From: Acidobacteriota bacterium
Lineage (GTDB): Bacteria; Acidobacteriota; UBA4820; DSQY01
Assembly (NCBI GenBank): GCA_037443845.1
Contig: JBBINO010000015.1
Coordinates: 12,575-37,827 of the forward strand
Length of the DNA stretch: 25,253 nt
Direction: 5' to 3'
This document shows, in pieces, positions 15,627-22,735 of this stretch (its first letter is position 1; every line of letters starts with the position of its first letter). The notes beneath the pieces were generated by a model. The model did not search any database. It had not been told where the DNA came from and saw nothing but the letters and a program-made list of their open reading frames with translations. A program made the position numbers and the translations under genes.

Positions 15627-16262
15627 TCAACCTCTTCTGACGTAAACTCCCGCGGCAAGCTCCCTGTCAACGGCGAATTGAGAGTTACCGCACTTGAATA
15701 CCACCGTGGGCGATTTTCTGACGAGCGTGACGCGGTCGCCGGGATGAATTCCCATGGAGAGGAATTTGTCCAGGTCCTCATCTCCCCCGGTCGCAAGGTA
15801 GGCGATGGCGCCTTCTTCTCCAGGCCGGAAACGCGTCAACGGCGCCAGCGCCGCGTCAAGCTGCGACCGCTTCTCCAGGCAGCAGGTCCCCTCTGGAATC
15901 TTGTGTCCGTGAGGACAAACCCTTGGGTGGCCGAGGAAAGTGCATACGCGCTCGGCAAACCCCTCTACGAGGGAATGCTCAAGCATGCAGGCTTCCTGCT
16001 CCCCCGCCACGTCCGACACGCCGAGCACGTCTGACAGAAGCCTCTCGGCCAGCCGGTGGCGCCTTATCGCCCTCGCTGCCTGGCGCTTTCCTTCGGGCGT
16101 AAGCGCCCGGCCGCCGTCAGAGAGCCAGCCCAGGCGGATCAAATCCTGCCTGTCGTCGCCCGAGAAGCGTTCCCATTCCATCGGGCGGCCCTCTTCCTCG
16201 TACTGCCACAGGGCTTCGAGGATTTCCTGCTGCGCTTCACTCGTTTCCTGCTGGTGAACCAT
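15627..16262 (-). CDS. DtxR/IdeR-family metal-dependent repressor with a C-terminal SH3-like (FeoA-type) domain.
   Basis: N-terminal ETSEAQQEILEALWQYEEEG (DtxR HTH start). Central metal-site residues (CMLEHSLVEGF...H). C-terminal SH3-like GDRVTLV...VVFKCGNSQFAVDRELAAGVYV. Confidence 0.8.
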   Translation of the reverse strand: MVHQQETSEAQQEILEALWQYEEEGRPMEWERFSGDDRQDLIRLGWLSDGGRALTPEGKRQAARAIRRHRLAERLLSDVLGVSDVAGEQEACMLEHSLVEGFAERVCTFLGHPRVCPHGHKIPEGTCCLEKRSQLDAALAPLTRFRPGEEGAIAYLATGGDEDLDKFLSMGIHPGDRVTLVRKSPTVVFKCGNSQFAVDRELAAGVYVRRG

Positions 16263-16398
16263 GGCCGAAGCCCCTCCAAAGCTTTTTCAGTTTCTCCCGC
16301 GCGTCCTTCAGCGGGCGCTGGTTTTCGTAACCGCAATACGGGCAGCGGACTTTGCCGCACCCGGTGCCCAAAAGACTGCATCCCTGGCAGGCGTTCAT
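16237..16398 (-). CDS. Small Cys-rich zinc-ribbon-like protein (53 aa) between feoB and the DtxR gene.
   Basis: ATG at 16398 preceded by GGCGAGGAG. Five Cys (CQGC...C-x4-CPYC). It overlaps the DtxR start by 26 nt. An alternative upstream ATG at 16437 lacks an RBS. Confidence 0.4.
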   Translation of the reverse strand: MNACQGCSLLGTGCGKVRCPYCGYENQRPLKDAREKLKKLWRGFGHGSPAGNE

Positions 16399-16448
16399 CG
16401 TCTCCTCGCCCTTGGGGTCGAACGATTTCCTGCACATCGCGCACTCGA

Positions 16449-18419
16449 TCACAACACCGCCCCGCTCAGAAGGAGAATCTGATTGAGCGCCCAGCCGATG
16501 GACAACGCGAGCGCGAGAATGGCCGCGCTCATGGCGAGCGTGACCTTCCAGCCCCTTTCCCGCTTCATCATCAGAAATTGGGCGATGCAAGGCAGAAAGA
16601 GCGTCAGAGTCACGGCGGAAACGAGAAGCTGCACCCCATCCAGCTTGCCCGCCTTTTGCAACTCGTACAACCCGGCCGCCCCGTAGTCGCGCCGAAAGAA
16701 GCCGAAGAGGAAGGCCTTTGACGCGGCGCCCGGCAGCCCCAGCGCCTTCATCACTGGCTCTGTCGCGGCAACAAGCTTCGGGAAAAGCCCGGTAATGTTG
16801 CCTATCCAGACAAGCACCGACGCGAGGACGAAAAGCGGGACCACTTCGAGGAAGTACCATCCCATCCTGCTCGCCGTTTTGCTGGCCACGTTCTTCATGG
16901 ACGGCCATCTCAGAGGCGGCAGTTCCATGAAGAAACGCGCCTGCTTGCCAGGCATCAGCCGCGCCATCAGCGTCCCAGAGACGAGGAAAATAGCAGCAAC
17001 CGTCATGACCCATAGGGCCATGGCCGCCGGGTGTCCGCCAAGAAGCCCCAGAATCAATCCGATCTGCGCTGAACATGGGATGGCCAACGCGAGCAGGAAA
17101 GTCGCTATTATCCTTTCGCGCTTGGTTTCAAGGACCCTCGTCACCATCGTCGCGGTCGTGTCGCATCCGAAGCCCAGAATCAGAGGAATCACGGCGCGCC
17201 CGTTGAGGCCTATCACCCTGAAGAGGCGGTTCAGCATCAGGGCCAGCCTGGGCAGGTAGCCCGAATCCTCAAGCACGGAGAACGCCACGAAAAAACTCCC
17301 GACGACAGGAAGTATTATGGCGACGGCGTAACGGATGCCCATGGTCAAGATGCCGTCATCGCCGACGAAGAGGTCTCGCATCGTCGCCCATGGGACGTAG
17401 TGGGCGAACAAGGCGGAGAGCCACGGGTTGACGTGCGACAGGAAGAGGTCGTTTTCCAGCCAGCCGACGACCACCTGGCCGCCGAACACCCCGACGAACT
17501 GGTAGAGGCCCAGATAGAGGACGAGAGCCAGAAGCGGGAATCCGCTCCACGGATTTAGGAGAATCGCGTCGAGATTCTCTCGCCAGCGCGAGGCTCGCCC
17601 TTTCCCTTGAACGAAAACGTCTCTTAAAGCAGCCGAGGCCATCTCCCTGAACTGCCTGGCGGCTTCCGCGCAGACGGCGGAGGGACGGGCATCCGCTAGC
17701 AGTGCCTTGGCCCGCGCCAGAATCGCCTGGTCAACAGGGGCGACTTCCGCCGAGGCGGCGTCGCCTTCAAGATGAAGCAGCGCCTTGAAGCGCGCGGCGC
17801 CCGCGCCGCCAAGCGCCTCCTCTATGACGAGCGACGCCTCGCGAAGAGGGCCGGAGAAGTCAACTCTTCTGGCGGGCGCGGCCGAGCCAGAGGCAAGAAG
17901 CCGCTTCAGCTCGTCCACTCCTTCTCCTTTCGTGGCGACCGTCGCCACGACCGGAATTCCCAATTTGTTCGAGAGTTCCTTCAAATCCAGGCTCACCCCT
18001 GCCGTTTCGGCCTCGTCCATCAAGTTGCAGACCAGAATCATCGGCCGGCCGAGAAGGGAAAGCTCGATGGTCATGGGGAGAAGCCTCGGGAGGTTTTTCG
18101 CGTCCACGACGCTGACTACCACCCCCTCGTCCTTGAGCAGCAGATCCCTGGCTACACGCTCCTCCTCCGTGATCGGCCTGAGCGAGTACATTCCAGGCGT
18201 GTCTATCACCTCCCACTCGGCGTCGCCGAGCACAACTTTCCCCCTTGACACCTCGACAGTAGTGCCGGGATAGTTTGACACCACGGCGTAGGAACTCGTG
18301 AGGGAATTGAAGAGGACGCTCTTGCCTACGTTGGGATTTCCGACAAGAAAGAGGCGCCTTCCGTTCTCCGCCGGGAGCGTCGAGTTCCGCGAGTCATGTT
18401 GCGATGCCGACAATGGCAA
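16449..18419 (-). CDS. feoB: Ferrous iron transport protein B (FeoB).
   Basis: TTG start at 18419 with AGGAG 6 nt upstream. G-domain motifs GNPNVGKS and DTPG. Multi-pass membrane C-terminal domain. Confidence 0.9.
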   Translation of the reverse strand: MPLSASQHDSRNSTLPAENGRRLFLVGNPNVGKSVLFNSLTSSYAVVSNYPGTTVEVSRGKVVLGDAEWEVIDTPGMYSLRPITEEERVARDLLLKDEGVVVSVVDAKNLPRLLPMTIELSLLGRPMILVCNLMDEAETAGVSLDLKELSNKLGIPVVATVATKGEGVDELKRLLASGSAAPARRVDFSGPLREASLVIEEALGGAGAARFKALLHLEGDAASAEVAPVDQAILARAKALLADARPSAVCAEAARQFREMASAALRDVFVQGKGRASRWRENLDAILLNPWSGFPLLALVLYLGLYQFVGVFGGQVVVGWLENDLFLSHVNPWLSALFAHYVPWATMRDLFVGDDGILTMGIRYAVAIILPVVGSFFVAFSVLEDSGYLPRLALMLNRLFRVIGLNGRAVIPLILGFGCDTTATMVTRVLETKRERIIATFLLALAIPCSAQIGLILGLLGGHPAAMALWVMTVAAIFLVSGTLMARLMPGKQARFFMELPPLRWPSMKNVASKTASRMGWYFLEVVPLFVLASVLVWIGNITGLFPKLVAATEPVMKALGLPGAASKAFLFGFFRRDYGAAGLYELQKAGKLDGVQLLVSAVTLTLFLPCIAQFLMMKRERGWKVTLAMSAAILALALSIGWALNQILLLSGAVL

Positions 18420-18428
18420 TGATAACTC

Positions 18429-18782
18429 CTAGCGGTTGCGGATGAATTCAGTTACGTGGCGCCGCGCCTCGTCAAAGAGCCTTTCAATGTGCGGGTCGTC
18501 AAGAAAGTAGTAGGCCCTTTGCCCTTCGCGCCGGAATCGGACGAGCCCCATGTTGCGAAGCACCCGAAGCTGGTGCGAAACGGCGGAAGCGGAGACACCG
18601 GCGATCGCGGACAGCTCGTTCACCGTGCGCTCCTCCCCCGACAGGGCGTGAACCAGCCTTGCTCGCGTCGGGTCACCCAGGGCGCGGAATGTATCGGCGA
18701 TGGCGCCGTAGCCCCTTTCCGAGACCGCCAGCTTGCCCGCCGCTCCGTTCTTCTTCACCCCTGCCGCCACTGACACCTCCAT
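18429..18782 (-). CDS. ArsR/SmtB-family regulator with a Cys-free, alpha5-type D-x-H-x10-H-x2-E site. First gene of the feoB operon.
   Basis: HTH LGDPTRARLVHAL...VSHQLRVLRNMGLV. C-terminal DDPHIERLFDEARRHVTE. The stop is 9 nt before the feoB TTG and the feoB RBS overlaps it. The start is either ATG at 18782 (no SD) or in-frame GTG at 18770 (GGAGG 5 nt upstream). The long track ORF reaching 19112 was rejected. Confidence 0.7.
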   Translation of the reverse strand: MEVSVAAGVKKNGAAGKLAVSERGYGAIADTFRALGDPTRARLVHALSGEERTVNELSAIAGVSASAVSHQLRVLRNMGLVRFRREGQRAYYFLDDPHIERLFDEARRHVTEFIRNR

Positions 18783-18802
18783 ATCTGAGCAACTGCTCAG
18801 AT
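18783..18802. promoter_or_regulatory. Perfect 9-2-9 inverted repeat ATCTGAGCA-AC-TGCTCAGAT abutting the ArsR-family gene start. Probable autoregulatory operator.
   Basis: Exact palindrome. It lies at the predicted transcription start of the promoter below. Confidence 0.5.
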
Positions 18803-18807
18803 GTTCC

Positions 18808-18836
18808 AATATACTCCCATCATCGAGGCCTGTCAA
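18808..18836 (-). promoter_or_regulatory. Near-consensus sigma70 promoter on the minus strand: TTGACA-N17-TATATT.
   Basis: Reverse complement of TGTCAA (18831-18836) is TTGACA. Reverse complement of AATATA (18808-18813) is TATATT. Exactly 17 nt between them. Confidence 0.55.
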
Positions 18837-19017
18837 GTGCTGCGCCAGCCCGTTGCCGCGATAACCATGCCCGGCGGACCGCAATTGAATCCGGCGCTCG
18901 CGCGACCGCGGCACGATGCGACCCTTCGGTTCGCGCATCCTCTTCGTCTGGCCAGCCTGGCGCTCTTTCGCGCAAGGGGCCGATGTGGTAGGCTCTTTAT
19001 GGAGGAGGAGCGGCCTC

Positions 19018-20070
19018 TTGGCGACAAAAGCCGTCGTGCTGTTATCCGGAGGGTTGGACTCCACGCTGGCGGCGCTGCTTCTCAAGGAGCAGGGAATCGA
19101 GGTCCACGGCATTCATTTTTCAACAGGATTCTGCCTCTCCGAGCACAAGCGGACGATGTCGCTGTTCGGGACAACGCATGACGAAGTCCGCTCCGAGGCA
19201 GCGCGTGCCCAAAAGAATCTGGGGGTTCCCGTCAAGAGCGTGGATTTGGGCGAAGAATATCTAGAGACGGTGCTCCATCCCAAGCACGGCTACGGAGCGA
19301 ACATCAACCCCTGCATAGATTGCCGGATCATGATGCTCCGCAAGGCTAAGGCCTACGCCGACGAGATCGGCGCCCAGTTCGTCGCCACTGGCGAGGTGAC
19401 GGGCCAGCGCCCCATGTCGCAGCGCCGCGACACGATGCGCGTAATCGAGAAGGAATCCGGGCTTGAGGGCCGCCTGGTGAGGCCTTTATGCGCCAAGAGG
19501 CTGCCGCCCACCGAGCCCGAGAAGCAGGGGCTGTTGGACAGGACGCTGTTGCTCGATTTCTGCGGCAGGGGGCGGCGCCCCCAGATGGAACTGATAGCCC
19601 GAAAAGGAATAAGCGACTATCCCCTTCCCGCCGGCGGCTGCTGCTTCTTGACCGACAGGAGCTACGCGGCGCGTTTCAGGGATCTGCTCTCTCATTCTGC
19701 CGGGAGGAAGATAACCAGGGATGACCTTGTTCTTCTAAAAACGGGAAGGCACTTTCGCCTTTCCCAAACTCTCAAGTTAGTCGCCGCGCGCGACGAGGGG
19801 GAGTGCAGGTTTTTGGAACTTTTCTCAGAGGGCCGCGTTCGCTTTGAAGCAGTTGAGGCATCAGGCCCCGTTGCTCTTTCCGACGGGCCGCCTCCCTCCA
19901 AGGAAGAAGAGCTTCTCTGCGCGCGAATCGTAGCCCGGTTCTCCGCCGGCAAACACCGCCCCGAGGTCGAGGTGGAGGCGCGCGGAGGCGACGGGGAACC
20001 GAGGATTTACAAGGCCGCCCCGATATGGGACGAAACGGTTTTGGCGAACCTGCGCATACTGTCCGAATGA
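19018..20070 (+). CDS. PP-loop ATP-pyrophosphatase superfamily protein, MnmA/ThiI-like tRNA thiolation enzyme fold.
   Basis: TTG start at 19018 with GGAGGAGGAG 7 nt upstream. SGGLDS PP-loop. NINPCIDC and FVATGEV resemble the MnmA NPDILCN and ATGHY motifs. A second conserved Cys pair GGCCFL lies about 110 aa later. Confidence 0.55.
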   Translation: MATKAVVLLSGGLDSTLAALLLKEQGIEVHGIHFSTGFCLSEHKRTMSLFGTTHDEVRSEAARAQKNLGVPVKSVDLGEEYLETVLHPKHGYGANINPCIDCRIMMLRKAKAYADEIGAQFVATGEVTGQRPMSQRRDTMRVIEKESGLEGRLVRPLCAKRLPPTEPEKQGLLDRTLLLDFCGRGRRPQMELIARKGISDYPLPAGGCCFLTDRSYAARFRDLLSHSAGRKITRDDLVLLKTGRHFRLSQTLKLVAARDEGECRFLELFSEGRVRFEAVEASGPVALSDGPPPSKEEELLCARIVARFSAGKHRPEVEVEARGGDGEPRIYKAAPIWDETVLANLRILSE

Positions 20071-20089
20071 AAAGGAGAGTTTCGGCCGA

Positions 20090-20776
20090 ATGAACTTCGA
20101 CTTCAGCCCATTGACGCTTCTCAACGTCGCCTACTTCATCCTCATTATCCTTTTGTCGCTCTCGATTCACGAGAGCGCCCACGCCTGGGCCGCTTACAAG
20201 CTGGGCGACCCGACGGCCAAGATGCTCGGCAGGGTGACGCTCAATCCCGTCCCCCACATTGACCCGTTCGGCACGCTTCTTCTGCCCGCCATGTTGGCGC
20301 TCTTCGGGATGCCGGTCTTCGGCTGGGCGAAGCCCGTGCCCATCATCAGCCGGAACTTCAAGCACATACGGAGGGACGAGGCGCTCGTGGGAGCGGCGGG
20401 CCCTCTGAGCAACCTGCTTCTCGCCATGGTTGTGAGCGTCGTTCTTGTGGCTATGGCCATGGCGACGAGCGCCCAATCGGTCTACGTGCAAATGCAGCAG
20501 CAGTACACACCGGCGTGGGCGATTCTCCAGTTCGGGGTCCTCAACCTGGCGCTCGCCGCTTTCAATTTCATCCCCGTTCCTCCTCTCGACGGTTCTCACG
20601 TTCTCTCGGCGCTGCTGCCCCGCGAAGTGGAGGCTTTCTACCAGAAAATCCAGGCGCTGGGACCGCTCATTCTAATAGTGCTCTTCATGACCGGAGCTTT
20701 CTCGATCGTCCTCGGCCCGCTGCTTGGGGGCCTTGAATACCTCTTCTACGTTCTCCCGCTCCAGCTGCTGGCATGA
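20090..20776 (+). CDS. Site-2 protease (peptidase M50) family membrane metalloprotease.
   Basis: HESAH within a TM helix plus an LDG motif (PVPPLDGSHV). Multiple TM segments. Confidence 0.8.
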   Translation: MNFDFSPLTLLNVAYFILIILLSLSIHESAHAWAAYKLGDPTAKMLGRVTLNPVPHIDPFGTLLLPAMLALFGMPVFGWAKPVPIISRNFKHIRRDEALVGAAGPLSNLLLAMVVSVVLVAMAMATSAQSVYVQMQQQYTPAWAILQFGVLNLALAAFNFIPVPPLDGSHVLSALLPREVEAFYQKIQALGPLILIVLFMTGAFSIVLGPLLGGLEYLFYVLPLQLLA

Positions 20777-21576
20777 GAGAAGAGGCGGCGGCCAATTCCG
20801 ACGGCGCGCTCGCGGCCATCGCTATCGCCGCGAGGAGCATGCTTACCCACTTGACCGTCTGGTTCGCCACCGGAATTCTTGGGACTTTGACGATCATCCT
20901 CACCTTCTTCTTCCCCAAAAAGACCGTAACCAACCTGGGCTGGCTCTGGAGCTGGCTGATTCTTAAGGCGAGCGGCGTCGAGCTTGAAATCAACGGTCTG
21001 GAGAAACTACCGGCAGGTTGCGCGGTGCTCGTCGGGAACCACTCGAGCAATTTCGACATCTACGCGGTGATGCTTGCCCTCAGGCCGCACTATTACAGGT
21101 TCGTAGTCAAGAAGGAGCTCCGATGGCTCCCTGTATTCGGCTGGGCGCTCTGGGCGGCCAGGTTCCCATTCGTGGATAGGCAGCGCTCCCCGCGAGCGAG
21201 GCGCGTCATGACGAGGCTAATGGAGAGAATGCGCGCCACTTCCATGAAAATCGTCATGTTTCCGGAAGGGACCAGAAACCGCCATCTCGGGTTGCTCCCC
21301 TTCCGAAAGGGCGCCTTCGTTCTAGCCATTGACCTAGGCTCCCCGATCGTCCCAATGGTAATCAACGGCGCGCGCAGGACGCAAAGCCGCCACGGTTTCG
21401 CCGTTCACCCCGGACGGATGAAGATCACCTTCCTTGATCCCATCGCAACAAATGGGATGACTTACGACGACAGGGACGCGCTCATGAAGAATCTCCGCGA
21501 ACTGATATACGACAGGCTTGAAGCGGACGAGAAGGGTCAGGCACCCGACGCCGGTGCTATTAGCAACGATGATTAG
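20773..21576 (+). CDS. plsC: 1-acyl-sn-glycerol-3-phosphate (lysophospholipid) acyltransferase.
   Basis: H-X4-D motif NHSSNFD, FPEGTR motif, N-terminal TM helix. The start overlaps the previous stop (ATGA). Confidence 0.75.
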   Translation: MREEAAANSDGALAAIAIAARSMLTHLTVWFATGILGTLTIILTFFFPKKTVTNLGWLWSWLILKASGVELEINGLEKLPAGCAVLVGNHSSNFDIYAVMLALRPHYYRFVVKKELRWLPVFGWALWAARFPFVDRQRSPRARRVMTRLMERMRATSMKIVMFPEGTRNRHLGLLPFRKGAFVLAIDLGSPIVPMVINGARRTQSRHGFAVHPGRMKITFLDPIATNGMTYDDRDALMKNLRELIYDRLEADEKGQAPDAGAISNDD

Positions 21577-21622
21577 CTTTTTAGCTGTAATAGGCTCTTA
21601 TATATAGATAATTAGGAGTAGC

Positions 21623-22630
21623 ATGCCTTTCATCTTTCGCCAGTCTTCTGAAACCTTTCTCGTCGAGGAGATCCCCCTCTTCCCTACCTGCGGCAGAGGC
21701 GACCACCTCTACCTCACCATAAAAAAGAGGGACATCTCCACTCCTCATTTGTTGAACGTGGTTCGAAAGGCGGCGCGCCTTTCCGAGGAGGACATCGGCT
21801 GTGCCGGGTACAAAGACCGTGACGCGACGACGATCCAAACCATTTCCATCCCCGCCAGGGCGGAAAAGCTCGCGGTAATGGCGGTGCAATCGCTAGGCGC
21901 CGGTCTCCTCTCCTCCGCCTTGCACACGCATAAGCTGCGTACCGGGAAGCTCGCCGGCAACCGGTTTGAGGTCAGCCTTTCAGGCGGGGAGCGGGAAGAC
22001 GCCGCCACCCTTGAGCGGGCCGTGGCGCAAGCCGAAAGGGAGGGGATGCCCAACGCCTTCGGCCCTCAGCGCTTCGCGGACGGCAGCTCTATAGAACAGG
22101 GACGGCTTCTCTTCCTGGGGAGGCGCTCTTCAGGCCCGTTCCGCAAGGCTCGGTTCGCCGTTTCGGTCTTCCAGGCTCACCTCTTCAACAAGGTTCTCTC
22201 GGAAAGAAGGCTGCGCGGGTTTTATCCGGGGCCACTTGACGGGGATCTGATGAAGAAGCATGAGACCGGCGGAGAGTTTCTAGCGAGCGCCGCCGACCCC
22301 CAAATCTCGCCGAGGCTCGCTTCGCTCGAAATAAGCCCCACCGGTCCCCTACCTGGCAAGAAAATGGCCTGGCCCGAGGGAGATGCCCTCGCATTGGAGC
22401 TTAACATCCTTAAATCATTGGACATTTCGAGAGAGCGGGCCGAGTTGGCGAAAGTCCCCGGCGCCAGACGCTTTCTTCGCGTGCCGACCGGAAAAATCCT
22501 GATTTACCAGCAGTCTTCATCGAACGTCAAGCTGAAATTTTCTTTGCCGCCCGGCTCTTACGCGACGGTGTTACTGGAGGAACTTGGCGTAAAGCTTTCG
22601 ATTCCTGAACGTCCATCCAGGCATTCATAA
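21623..22630 (+). CDS. truD: tRNA pseudouridine(13) synthase TruD.
   Basis: Hallmark GYKDRDA (GxKD) motif. Length about 335 aa. AGGAG RBS preceded by an AT-rich tract. Confidence 0.8.
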   Translation: MPFIFRQSSETFLVEEIPLFPTCGRGDHLYLTIKKRDISTPHLLNVVRKAARLSEEDIGCAGYKDRDATTIQTISIPARAEKLAVMAVQSLGAGLLSSALHTHKLRTGKLAGNRFEVSLSGGEREDAATLERAVAQAEREGMPNAFGPQRFADGSSIEQGRLLFLGRRSSGPFRKARFAVSVFQAHLFNKVLSERRLRGFYPGPLDGDLMKKHETGGEFLASAADPQISPRLASLEISPTGPLPGKKMAWPEGDALALELNILKSLDISRERAELAKVPGARRFLRVPTGKILIYQQSSSNVKLKFSLPPGSYATVLLEELGVKLSIPERPSRHS

Positions 22631-22687
22631 GAAGAAAGCATATAACAGCCTTATTCTAAAGACAAAATGCCATGACTGGAATAGGAA

Positions 22688-22719
22688 GGGGGGCGGGGCT
22701 TTGGCGCTCCCCGCCCCCC
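22688..22719. terminator. GC-homopolymer hairpin between the convergent truD and aconitase genes. Likely a bidirectional terminator.
   Basis: GGGGGGCGGGG - loop CTTTGGCGCT - CCCCGCCCCCC. On the minus strand it is followed by TTCCTATTCC. Confidence 0.5.
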
Positions 22720-22735
22720 CCTTAAGTGAAAGTCA

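Noticed and set aside
16237-17076. 279-aa minus-strand ORF overlapping feoB.
   Set aside because: It lies out of frame inside the well-supported feoB gene. Only its last 53 codons, downstream of the feoB stop and carrying their own RBS, were retained as a candidate small gene.
18429-19112. Long 227-aa version of the ArsR-family ORF.
   Set aside because: The N-terminal 110 aa are low-complexity and have no RBS, and they would run through the mapped promoter and operator. The HTH protein begins at 18782 or 18770.
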